Source of the DNA: Candidatus Moraniibacteriota bacterium
Lineage (GTDB): Bacteria > Patescibacteriota > Minisyncoccia > Moranbacterales > UBA1568
Direction of reading: 5' to 3'
DNA length: 64,000 bases
Assembly (NCBI GenBank): GCA_052034935.1
Contig: JBPOIB010000001.1
Location: 172,173-236,172, forward strand
The notes beneath the pieces were generated by a model, which did not search any database, had not been told where the DNA came from, and was given only the letters and a program-made list of their open reading frames with translations. A program made the translations under genes and the position numbers. Below, one piece after another: positions 55,768 through 64,000 of this stretch. Position 1 is the first letter of the stretch; each line of letters opens with the position of its first letter.

Positions 55768-56139
55768 CTAGGCCGCGTCTTGTTCTTGCGCCAAAAGGAT
55801 GGCGAGATTCTCCGGCGTGTAGGGCTGGCCAGGATACATGGGCTGATAGGAGCTGCCCTGCATCAGCTTGAGAAGCGCGTTCATCGCAACCTTGAAAACG
55901 AGCACGTCTTCCGTCGCATTCAAAAGTCCGATGAGCTCGTTGGCGGCCACAGCTCGCACCTCATCGCCCCGGTCCGGTGTGACAAGGGGAAACGGAGTGG
56001 CGAGCCGCTGTCTCTCAAGCGCCGACCAAGGAATATCCCTCCGCTCGAGCATGGTCGATCCGGCGCGATGTCGCGCGAGCGAAATCTCTGCGTAGAAAAC
56101 CTCGATGGGGTTTCCGTACATTCTGAGTTCGGTTGTCAT
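55768..56139 (-). CDS. hypothetical protein
   Basis: ATG 56139 (MTTELRMYGNPIEV...), 123 aa; divergent from 56236. Confidence 0.4.
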   Translation of the reverse strand: MTTELRMYGNPIEVFYAEISLARHRAGSTMLERRDIPWSALERQRLATPFPLVTPDRGDEVRAVAANELIGLLNATEDVLVFKVAMNALLKLMQGSSYQPMYPGQPYTPENLAILLAQEQDAA

Positions 56140-56235
56140 GGTGAAGCTCCGGCTGATGTTGTTAAAGAGAGTGACAGAAATTGTCTTGACCAATTTACTA
56201 TAATATGTCATATTTGTCAATTAGAAACACCTCCT

Positions 56236-57003
56236 ATGGTCATTGCTCTCCGCGTCGGACTTATCGTTATCGCCCTCGTCACCGTCGTTGTCACCAACGC
56301 GGAGTATTTCGTTCCGAAAAGCGTCGATTGTCGCAAGCCAGTTTCCTGGGAAGAGACGGCACCGCATGGCGCGATTTGGAAGGCAGAGACAATCCATTGG
56401 CAGTCGGTTCCCGAGAATTACTCGGCCCTCGTCGGATGGATCAATGCGGCGACAGCTGTTCCATGTGCTGATTCAGAAACTCCACGGCCATCAATTGAGA
56501 TTCGAAAACTTTCAATCATCGCGATTGCTCCTGACGGCACAGAAACCGTGATCGAAACCGTTGACCCCCGCGACCAGGGACGCTTTATCGGTCGGCTTTT
56601 CCCGCGAGTTCCGCGTTGGTTCGGCGAAACCGAGGGCCGGAATGAACTGGAGATCACGAGCGGTAATGAGGATGGTCTACTGATCGGGCTCGAAGCGGTG
56701 CCGCTCCGGGTGTATCATGCCTGGACGGAGCCACGCATCAGGATTGACCCAGCAAATCGGTACGCTCTGGAAGTTGAAGCGCGCATTTCAGAAACCGCCC
56801 GATTCCAATTCGGAATCGACTACTGGCGTGATATGGCCGCCGATTATGCTGGTTGGGATCCGGAGTGTACGAGATCTAATAATTGCGAGGGATTGGTGAG
56901 CAATTGGCAGGGTGGTACGAACGGAGAATTCCAGACATTTCGTGCCCCAGAGCGCCCTTTTTCTCACCCAAAAGAAACCCTATCAGAGGCGGTGTCTGAA
57001 TAG
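56236..57003 (+). CDS. hypothetical secreted/membrane-anchored protein
   Basis: ATG 56236 with N-terminal signal anchor IALRVGLIVIALVTVVV; TATAAT box 35 nt upstream. Confidence 0.5.
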   Translation: MVIALRVGLIVIALVTVVVTNAEYFVPKSVDCRKPVSWEETAPHGAIWKAETIHWQSVPENYSALVGWINAATAVPCADSETPRPSIEIRKLSIIAIAPDGTETVIETVDPRDQGRFIGRLFPRVPRWFGETEGRNELEITSGNEDGLLIGLEAVPLRVYHAWTEPRIRIDPANRYALEVEARISETARFQFGIDYWRDMAADYAGWDPECTRSNNCEGLVSNWQGGTNGEFQTFRAPERPFSHPKETLSEAVSE

Positions 57004-57042
57004 CTTGTCAGCGGGGCACGAGACGTGCTAACCTTGGTCCTT

Positions 57043-57504
57043 ATGGAAAATGAACTCAAACAGCAGCTTACCCGCATCCGCCTGGCGACTATCGCCCTCC
57101 GGCATAACGTTCGCCATGCCTTCGATGAATTCCGAGAGCGTTTCGCCTCTTGGCGACCGACAGAGACTACACTGCCTCCTCTCTCTTCTTTAGAGCCGGA
57201 AGCCAAAAAGTTACTCCTGCCGATTCTTTCCTTCGACCGCCGCTTGGTTTTGCGCTGGGCTTTTACGACCCTCTTTTTCGGTCTGAGTGTCATTCTTGGT
57301 GTCATGCTCAAATCTTCGGCCGACGAGCGTTTCACGATTGGTCATGAGGACTACCGACTTACTCCGGCTGAACAGCTCTACGACTTGAACGAGCTCCGTG
57401 AGAGAGCTTTGGCCAATGGTGCGCCACTCACGATGGACCCGAAACCGACCTATCCGGTCTGTACTGATGATATTGATGTTTCCGTGGACGAAGCCGCTCT
57501 CTAA
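57043..57504 (+). CDS. hypothetical protein
   Basis: 153 aa, one internal TM. Confidence 0.4.
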   Translation: MENELKQQLTRIRLATIALRHNVRHAFDEFRERFASWRPTETTLPPLSSLEPEAKKLLLPILSFDRRLVLRWAFTTLFFGLSVILGVMLKSSADERFTIGHEDYRLTPAEQLYDLNELRERALANGAPLTMDPKPTYPVCTDDIDVSVDEAAL

Positions 57505-57523
57505 ATTGATGATACGAAGCCTT

Positions 57524-58564
57524 ATGGATTGGAAAACCCTGTTCGCGAATCTTCAGAAAGACACTCAGACCCTCTGGTCGGTGGTGATTATCCTCTGCGG
57601 TCTTTTCATCGGCAGCCTCTTTGTCGATCTCGGCCAGCTCATAACGGGCAGTGGTTTTTCGGGCCAGGCGATCAAATCGCATGATGTGCTCGTGACCGGC
57701 GGCAAGACATGGGTCGCCTATACCGAGCCAAAGGTGGCTTTGCAGATTGTTTCTGATGAACAATGCATTGAATGCGATCCGAGCGATGCGCTGCTTTGGT
57801 TGCGTCGCATTGTTCCGACCCTGGAGGCGGAGCGGATTGATATCGCGAGCGAAAAAGGGAAATCACTCGCTGAAGCTTTCGATCTCGTCACATTGCCGGC
57901 GTTCATCTTCGATCAGTCGGTCAAGGAGACCGAGTTCTATGTCCAGGCTGAGCCGCTCTTCCGGACGGATGAGGCGACCGGACGGTCCATTTTTGACATG
58001 AACAAGATCGGCCTCCCGGTCGGTCGCTATCTGGCCGCGCCGGAAACGGGTGATGCCGATATTGTCCTCGGCTCGAAGGATGCGGCCGTTACCCTCGTTG
58101 TCTTTTCTGATTTCCAGTGCGAATATTGTCGCGACTACCATGCAGCCTACAAGCAGGTTCTCGCTGAGTATCCGGACCGAGTTCGTCTCGTCTGGAAGCA
58201 TCTCCCGCTCTCAATCCATCCGGAGGCACCGCTCGCAGCGGAAGCCGCCCAGTGCGCTGCTGACCAAGGACAATTTCTTCCGTATGCGGATTTGCTCTTC
58301 AGCCGCCAGGCAGAGTGGGGGAAAGCCGGTGGCGAACGACGGCTGAAGGAATACGCCTGGCGAGTGAAGGGCCTGGATGCGCGTGTCTTTGCTGATTGCT
58401 TTGATGGACACAGACACGCAGAGAAGGTAGTTGCTGATACCGACCTCGCTGCCCGCTTCAACCTCGAATCGGCTCCGGCGACTTTCATCAACCGTGAATT
58501 CGTTTCTGGCGCTTTGCCGTACGCTGATTTGAAGACGCTCATTGAGGCGGCATTGGCCGAGTGA
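57524..58564 (+). CDS. DsbA-like thiol:disulfide oxidoreductase with N-terminal TM and extra N-terminal domain
   Basis: C-terminal thioredoxin fold with CEYC active site (VVFSDFQCEYCRDYH); N-terminal TM; a second CxxC (CIEC) in the N-terminal domain. Confidence 0.7.
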   Translation: MDWKTLFANLQKDTQTLWSVVIILCGLFIGSLFVDLGQLITGSGFSGQAIKSHDVLVTGGKTWVAYTEPKVALQIVSDEQCIECDPSDALLWLRRIVPTLEAERIDIASEKGKSLAEAFDLVTLPAFIFDQSVKETEFYVQAEPLFRTDEATGRSIFDMNKIGLPVGRYLAAPETGDADIVLGSKDAAVTLVVFSDFQCEYCRDYHAAYKQVLAEYPDRVRLVWKHLPLSIHPEAPLAAEAAQCAADQGQFLPYADLLFSRQAEWGKAGGERRLKEYAWRVKGLDARVFADCFDGHRHAEKVVADTDLAARFNLESAPATFINREFVSGALPYADLKTLIEAALAE

Positions 58565-58638
58565 CTGAACAGCGTTGAGACAGAGAAAAAGAGGCCCTGA
58601 AGAGCCTCTTTCTCATTTTTCCACGTGATACCTCTATG

Positions 58639-58711
58639 AGCCGATGACCAGGATTGAACTGGTGACCTACGCGTTACGAGTGCGTCGCTCTACCAACTGA
58701 GCTACATCGGC
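58639..58711 (-). tRNA. tRNA-Thr (anticodon CGU)
   Basis: Minus-strand read GCCGATG-TA-GCTC-AGTTGGTA-GAGC-G-ACGCA-CTCGTAA-CGCGT-AGGTC-ACCAG-TTCAATC-CTGGT-CATCGGC-T. Confidence 0.85.
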
Positions 58712-58810
58712 TTTTCTCCCCGAAGGATAACGCCCTCTATCCTAGCAAATCTAAAGGAAGAATCAAGGGGAGTGATGTGTTAGGATAGGGGAATAAGTAA
58801 AAACTTCCTA

Positions 58811-59911
58811 TGGAAGAGCTGAAACGTCGTCTGAATCAGATCGAAACCGCGTACGCCCGCTTGCGGGACTATCTTTGACTGGGAAGGAAAGCGACGAGAC
58901 ATCGCCCGCCTGACAGGAGAGAGCGAAAGACCTGGCTTTTGGGACGCTCCGGAAACGGCGGCAGTCGCGATGCAAGCGCTCGATAGCTTGAAAAAAGAGA
59001 TTGCCGATTTTGAGGCGCTTGAACGTTCAATCATCGATTCGAAAGAACTCGTCCTTCTGGCAGATCTCGATGCGACAGACATCGCCTCTCTCGACCGTGA
59101 ACTTGCTGCAATCGAAAGTGCGATCCATGGCTGGGAATTCCAGCTTCTCCTCGGGGGCGAGTACGATAGTGCTGACGCTATTTTAACGCTGCGGAGCGGG
59201 GCGGGCGGCACAGAGGCTCAAGACTGGACCGAGATGCTTCTCCGAATGTATCTGCGCTATGCCGAACGACACAGTTATCAAACAACAGTACTCGACGAAA
59301 CACGCGGTAATGAGGCTGGACTGAAGAGTGTGACCATCGAGGTGAAGGGTCGCTACGCTTATGGGTATCTCCGGGGCGAAATGGGGGTGCATCGATTAGT
59401 CCGGCTCTCACCCTTCAATGCGAACAATCTGCGCCAGACATCTTTCGCTTCGGCTGAAGCGATGCCGGTGTTGCCGGATACGGATCGGTCGATTGAGGTT
59501 AAGACGGAAGACCTCCGGGTCGATACGCTCCGTGCTTCCGGTGCCGGTGGCCAGCACGTGAACAAGACGGAATCAGCGGTCCGACTGACCCATCTGCCGA
59601 CTGGTATCGTTGTCGCTTGTCAGAGCGAGCGGTCGCAGCTCCAAAACCGCGAACAAGCGATGAAGCTGCTGAAGTCGAAGCTTCTCCAGCGTCGACTCCT
59701 CGAAGAAGAGGAGAAAAAGGCAGCAATCCGAGGAGAATTCAAATCTGCCGGATTCGGCAATCAGATCCGCTCTTACGTGCTCCATCCGTACAATCTCGTG
59801 AAAGATCATCGGACCGAAACCGAGACGAGCGATACGCAGGGAGTACTCGACGGCGACTTGGACAGGTTCATCGAAAGTGAGCTACAATATGAGCAAAGAC
59901 AGAAAAAATAA
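58811..59911 (+). CDS. prfB: peptide chain release factor 2, with programmed +1 frameshift at CUU UGA C (58874-58880)
   Basis: Frame-0 ORF MEELKRRLNQIETAYARLRDYL stops at the in-frame TGA within TAT CTT TGA C; the +1 frame continues DWEGKRRDIARL... into ORF 58970..59911 with SPF and GGQ (SGAGGQHVNKTESAVR) motifs. Confidence 0.9.
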
Positions 59912-59916
59912 CCCTC

Positions 59917-60627
59917 ATGACGGAAGCGAAACCACAGCCGATTGTCGTGTTTGATAATGTAACCAAGGAGTATCCAGGCGGCGCGAACGCGCTGTATGAT
60001 GTTTCCTTTTCCGTTTTTCCGGGCGAGTTCATCTCGCTCGTTGGAGCCAGCGGTGCGGGCAAATCGACGCTGCTGAAGCTTATCTATGCCGAAGAGATTC
60101 CGACGGAGGGTATTGTGTACTTCCGAGGGCGGCCTATCCGCGATATCAAGCGGAAAGTTCTTCCATTCTATCGGCGCGCCATCGGCACCGTTTTCCAGGA
60201 CTACAAGCTTTTGCCGCAGAAAACGGCTTTTGAAAACATCGCCTATGCCCTCGAAGTCGACGGTCGTCCCGCGAAAGAGATTCGCGAAGAAGTGACCGAG
60301 CTCCTCGATATCGTCGGACTCGGAAAAAAGGGCCACAAGTTTCCCCGAGAGCTTTCCGGCGGTGAGCAGCAGCGTGTCGCAATCGCCCGCGCTCTCATCC
60401 ATCATCCACAAATCATCTGTGCCGACGAACCGACCGGCAATCTCGACCCGGTGTCAACGAAAGAAATCACTGACCTCCTTCTAGAGATCAATTCGTATGG
60501 GACAACAGTAATCGTCGCGACGCATAAGAACGAAGTGGTAGACCAGTTGAACAAGCGCGTCATCACGCTCGTCGACGGCCGGCTCGCTCATGATGAGGCG
60601 CGGGGTAAATACATCATCAAATCCTAA
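59917..60627 (+). CDS. ftsE: cell division ATP-binding protein FtsE
   Basis: Walker A GASGAGKST, ABC signature LSGGEQQRVAIARAL, Walker B ICADEPTGNLD. Confidence 0.9.
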   Translation: MTEAKPQPIVVFDNVTKEYPGGANALYDVSFSVFPGEFISLVGASGAGKSTLLKLIYAEEIPTEGIVYFRGRPIRDIKRKVLPFYRRAIGTVFQDYKLLPQKTAFENIAYALEVDGRPAKEIREEVTELLDIVGLGKKGHKFPRELSGGEQQRVAIARALIHHPQIICADEPTGNLDPVSTKEITDLLLEINSYGTTVIVATHKNEVVDQLNKRVITLVDGRLAHDEARGKYIIKS

Positions 60628-60631
60628 CGCT

Positions 60632-61546
60632 ATGCAACGGACGCTCAAACTCTGGCGCACCTTCCGGGAAGGGATGGTCAACTTCCGGCGTAACGGTTGG
60701 CTCTCCTTCGCGACGATCACCATCCTCTCACTCTCGCTTTTCATTATTAGCTTCGCTGGCCTTATTACGATCGGGACACGGCTCATCGTGAGCAATCTCG
60801 AGGATCGGATTAGCGTCACTATTTCTTTCAATCCAGATATCGATGAGAACCGTATTCTTGTGATGAAGGAAGATCTCAAGCGTTTCCGCGAGATCGAATC
60901 AGTTGAGTACGTATCACGCGAGCAGGCACTCGACGATTTCCTCAAGAGTAACGGAGATGACCCGATTATCCGCCAGGCCATCGACGAGATTGGAGAGAAT
61001 CCGCTCCTTGCTTCCCTCGTGATCCGTGCAAAAAAACAGTCCGATTATGAGAAGATCGCGACCGTCCTCAAAGCCTCAGAGTATCAGACCTATATTAGTC
61101 GGATTAACTTCGAGAAGAACCGAAAGATTTTCGAACGACTCAACTCGATCAGTGAGGCAGCGCGGAAATTCGGCCTTTTCCTCGGCGCAGCTTTCGGTTT
61201 AATCGCCATTCTGATTACCTTCAATACGATCCGCATCACTATCTACTCGCATCGCCAGGAGTTCGAGATCATGCGTCTCGTGGGTGCTTCGAACCTCTAT
61301 GTCCGGATGCCGTACATCTTCGAAGGGATTCTCTATGGACTCTTTGCCGGAGTGACTGCGATCGCGCTGGTAGCACTTGGCTCATATGGCCTTTCAGGTT
61401 TCACTGAAGGTGCTTTTCCACAAGGGAATCTCTTTCGAGTTTTCATGGATTATCTTCCGATGATCTCCGTCCTGACCATCCTGCTCGGCATCTTGCTTGG
61501 GGTCATATCGAGCTTCATTGCTATCCATCGCTACCTCAAGGCTTAG
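60632..61546 (+). CDS. ftsX: cell division permease FtsX
   Basis: N-terminal TM, periplasmic domain, 3 C-terminal TM helices; follows ftsE. Confidence 0.85.
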   Translation: MQRTLKLWRTFREGMVNFRRNGWLSFATITILSLSLFIISFAGLITIGTRLIVSNLEDRISVTISFNPDIDENRILVMKEDLKRFREIESVEYVSREQALDDFLKSNGDDPIIRQAIDEIGENPLLASLVIRAKKQSDYEKIATVLKASEYQTYISRINFEKNRKIFERLNSISEAARKFGLFLGAAFGLIAILITFNTIRITIYSHRQEFEIMRLVGASNLYVRMPYIFEGILYGLFAGVTAIALVALGSYGLSGFTEGAFPQGNLFRVFMDYLPMISVLTILLGILLGVISSFIAIHRYLKA

Positions 61547-61612
61547 AGAAGACGTATATTCCGCCGGACGATTTATCGGCGGTTCTTGGATGCGGTGGCG
61601 AGTCTCCAAGAC

Positions 61613-61641
61613 TTGATTCGGAAGCATTTTTCAGCTAGGAT
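61613..61641 (+). promoter_or_regulatory. putative promoter TTGATT-17-TAGGAT for tRNA-Gln
   Basis: -35/-10 with a 17-nt spacer ending 14 nt before the tRNA 5' end. Confidence 0.45.
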
Positions 61642-61655
61642 AGGGGAGTATTTTT

Positions 61656-61727
61656 TGGGGAGTAGCCAAGCGGTAAGGCAGTGGGTTCTGGTCCCACCAT
61701 GCGAAGGTTCGATCCCTTCCTCCCCAG
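61656..61727 (+). tRNA. tRNA-Gln (anticodon CUG)
   Basis: TGGGGAG-TA-GCC-AAGCGGTAA-GGC-A-GTGGG-TTCTGGT-CCCAC-CATGC-GAAGG-TTCGATC-CCTTC-CTCCCCA-G; U1:A72 and short D-stem as in bacterial tRNA-Gln. Confidence 0.85.
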
Positions 61728-61728
61728 C

Positions 61729-61761
61729 AATGAAAAAGCGTCGCAGGTGCGTGCGACGCGG
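61729..61761 (-). terminator. hairpin terminator with TTTTTCATT tail (variant stem)
   Basis: Plus strand AATGAAAAA-GCGTCGCA-ggtgcg-TGCGACGC; 18 nt beyond the stop of gene 61779..62150. Confidence 0.55.
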
Positions 61762-61778
61762 AAATGGGATGTTTCTCC

Positions 61779-62150
61779 CTAGAGATCCTCGGGTGAGGTA
61801 ATGATCACATGCATCATGCACGATCTGAGGAAGGTACTACCGTGATCCTTCGGCTTTCGCTTGATGGAAAAAACATCGGTGAGCGCCTGACGGAGGAACT
61901 GCGTCGCCCCCGGGCTTCGGACGAACCAACGTTTTTCCGGATCCATGCCCGAAAGAACCATGATATCTTCGTCGAACTGACCGACCAGCTTCTCTTTCGA
62001 ATAGCCGTTGTCCCTCGACATGGCAGCGTGCTCGATGAATTCGCTCGCCTCATGACATTCCTTCGCGGTAGGCAGGAAATTGCGCGCCGAAGCGGCGTAC
62101 GGGAGCCCGGCGCAGAGCGCCAGCAGTACGAATTTTTGCAGTCTCTGCAT
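61779..62150 (-). CDS. hypothetical secreted protein
   Basis: 123 aa with signal peptide MQRLQKFVLLALCAGLPYAASA. Confidence 0.5.
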   Translation of the reverse strand: MQRLQKFVLLALCAGLPYAASARNFLPTAKECHEASEFIEHAAMSRDNGYSKEKLVGQFDEDIMVLSGMDPEKRWFVRSPGATQFLRQALTDVFSIKRKPKDHGSTFLRSCMMHVIITSPEDL

Positions 62151-62267
62151 GTCTGTCTCCTTGTCGTTGTGGACCGTACCAGTATTCTCTGCCGAGTCGC
62201 CCCGTCTGTCAAAATGACATGGTTGATGGTGATTTCGCTGCTTTGGACGGATAATAGGCGGTAGGGG

Positions 62268-62543
62268 GTGAGTTTGCTACTTCGAGTTATGGACTTAGAT
62301 CCTCAAAAGCTTTATCTGCTGATACTGGGCGCGACATCACTGGTATGTTCAAAGTTGTTCTTTTTCTTGCTCGACGATCCGGAAGGCCCTAATCTACTCA
62401 TCATCACTTGGTTAGCGGTCATCCTATATCTTCCATCTCTGGCAGTGTATGCCGCCCTTGGTTTCGAAAATTCCAAAAAGCTTCTATCGGTAGTCCTTCT
62501 TCAGCTGACGGTGATCACTTGCCTCTACTTTGGCTTGAAATAG
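62268..62543 (+). CDS. small membrane protein, hypothetical
   Basis: 91 aa, three hydrophobic helices. Confidence 0.35.
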   Translation: MSLLLRVMDLDPQKLYLLILGATSLVCSKLFFFLLDDPEGPNLLIITWLAVILYLPSLAVYAALGFENSKKLLSVVLLQLTVITCLYFGLK

Positions 62544-62630
62544 ACTGGCCATCGCTCATGGCAGAAAATGGTTTTTTCTGCCATTCTAGAATAGTAGCAG
62601 AAACCCAGATGACAGAATTCGGAATATTGT

Positions 62631-63251
62631 ATGAACAATACGTATAAAGCGATTGTGTTCGATTTTGGCGGGGTTATAGAAATCGCGCCTGATGGCAACC
62701 CGCTTCAAAAAGTAGCCGCTCTTGTCGGTTTATCGATTGACGACTTTCACCAGGAGTACTTCAAACATAATCATCTAAGCAATGTCGATGGTCTGCCTTG
62801 GGAGGAAACCGTGGTCGTAGTCGTGAGCCATCTTACGGATTCAGAGGACATAATTCAGCAATCACGGCAGATTATTCTTGACCATATAGCGAGTCGAAGG
62901 ATAAACAGGGAGCTTGTTGATTTTTTCTCGATTCTTCGTCAGCAGAATTACAAAGTCGCTATTTTCAGCAATAACACCGCCAGCTTGAGACAGCGGCTGA
63001 TTGATAAAAAAATCATTAATCTCGTTGATGAGGCCGTGATTTCCGGAGAAATTGGTTTTCAAAAGCCGAGCAAAGAAGCGTTTAATGTTCTCTTCCAAAA
63101 ACTTAGTCTTCGACCGGAGGAAATCATCTTTATCGATGATGCACCAAAAAGCCTAGAGAAGGCGGATGAAATCGGCTACACACCGGTGCTGTACCAGGGA
63201 AATGAAAAGTTGGTAGAAGATCTCAAGAACCTTGGAATAAATCTGAGCTAA
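62631..63251 (+). CDS. HAD-superfamily hydrolase
   Basis: Motif I IVFDFGGVI, motif II FSNN, motif IV IFIDDAPKSL. Confidence 0.75.
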   Translation: MNNTYKAIVFDFGGVIEIAPDGNPLQKVAALVGLSIDDFHQEYFKHNHLSNVDGLPWEETVVVVVSHLTDSEDIIQQSRQIILDHIASRRINRELVDFFSILRQQNYKVAIFSNNTASLRQRLIDKKIINLVDEAVISGEIGFQKPSKEAFNVLFQKLSLRPEEIIFIDDAPKSLEKADEIGYTPVLYQGNEKLVEDLKNLGINLS

Positions 63252-63277
63252 AAGTACCGGGCACGCTTTGTTATCTT

Positions 63278-64000
63278 ATGGACTACGGAAAGGAACTAGA
63301 AATTGCTAAAAGTATCGCGAGAGAAGCGGGTGAAATAATGCTCCGATATTTTGACGGCGACCAGGCAATCGAGATTAAGAGCGATGGTTCACAGGTCACT
63401 ATTGCTGATAAGCTCATCAACACACTCGTCATTGAGCGTTTAGCGAGCGCCTTTCCGGAAGATGGTGTCATCGGGGAAGAGGAGAGTACGAGTGAGTACG
63501 GATTCGGCCGGAAATGGTTCTGTGATCCGATCGATGGGACAGCTGCCTATGTCTGGGGTGTTCCGACAGCGATGTTCTCCCTGGCGCTCATTATCGATGG
63601 AAATCCAGTCATCGGTATTGCCTATGATCCATTCCTCGACAGGATGTACACGGGGTCGGTGGGTGAAAAAAGCACCTGCAATGGCAAACTGATAGTAGTG
63701 TCCCATCTTGATTTTAAATCGGGCATATTCGCTGCCTCGAGCAGTATAAAGTCCTTGCCAAAAACCAAGTACTTCCAAAGAATGGCTGCGGACGGGGTCC
63801 GGCTCGCTACTTTTAGCGGCGCCGTGTACAAATCGTGCCTAGTAGCCAGAGGTCGATTCATCGGGTATGCAGAGCACGGGGTGAATGCGCACGATATGGC
63901 CGCAGTACACGTAATCATCGAAGGTGCGGGCGGAAGGATAACCTCGCTCGAGGGGAAACGACTAGACTATTCTCGGCCTTTCAAAGGAGCAATCGTCTCG
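63278..64000 (+). CDS. inositol monophosphatase / 3'(2'),5'-bisphosphate nucleotidase family protein, 3'-partial at window edge
   Basis: EEES...DPIDGT metal-binding motif (WFCDPIDGTAAYV); the ORF runs off the window end. Confidence 0.7.
   Translation, partial: MDYGKELEIAKSIAREAGEIMLRYFDGDQAIEIKSDGSQVTIADKLINTLVIERLASAFPEDGVIGEEESTSEYGFGRKWFCDPIDGTAAYVWGVPTAMFSLALIIDGNPVIGIAYDPFLDRMYTGSVGEKSTCNGKLIVVSHLDFKSGIFAASSSIKSLPKTKYFQRMAADGVRLATFSGAVYKSCLVARGRFIGYAEHGVNAHDMAAVHVIIEGAGGRITSLEGKRLDYSRPFKGAIVS

Noticed and set aside
61635-61663. Duplication of GGGGAGTA immediately upstream of tRNA-Gln as an integration scar
   Set aside because: Only 8 nt, and it overlaps the TAGGATAGGGG promoter element that recurs elsewhere; more likely part of the promoter than an att remnant.
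1-64000. CRISPR arrays, rRNA genes, transposases/integrases
   Set aside because: No regularly spaced direct repeats, no 16S/23S/5S signatures and no transposase/integrase motifs were seen on either strand.

Overview
This 64-kb window is a bacterial chromosomal segment, mostly housekeeping genes on both strands, with base composition varying by region from about 33% to 66% GC. The organism looks like a small-genome bacterium, possibly Patescibacteria/CPR-like, judging by the short AlaRS and PGK and the many small hypothetical proteins; this is inference. I could support about 80 coding regions from conserved motifs: PyrF/PyrE, QueA, L9, PyrG, L27, ScpA/ScpB, a D-Ala-D-Ala carboxypeptidase, MraY, PGK, enolase, a PfkB kinase, FtsA, AlaRS, L21, RecR, DnaB, CysRS, CorA, YidD, HrcA, GrpE, Hsp20, DnaK, CutA, GlgC, EngB, RF2 (with its programmed +1 frameshift), FtsE/FtsX, a HAD hydrolase and an IMPase-family protein. 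Three tRNAs are present: Ala(CGC) on the + strand, Thr(CGU) on the - strand and Gln(CUG) on the + strand. A perfect CIRCE operator with an overlapping sigma-70-type promoter sits in front of an hrcA-(NUDIX-grpE)-hsp20-dnaK operon, and several intrinsic terminators can be read. No CRISPR array, rRNA, transposase or integrase was seen. The most unusual stretch is 40.2-50.4 kb: a strongly AT-rich two-gene island, then a run of single-gene minus-strand units each followed by a near-identical hairpin terminator ending TTTTTCATT, then a stand-alone reverse transcriptase preceded by about 330 nt of noncoding sequence bounded by long-range inverted repeats (a retron-like layout) and followed by a multi-TM Cys-rich protein. 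Other oddities are a NUDIX-GrpE fusion, a bacterial NUDIX with very high similarity to human MTH1, and a high-GC stretch between yidD and hrcA carrying three small ORFs with the same WhiB-like Cys motif.
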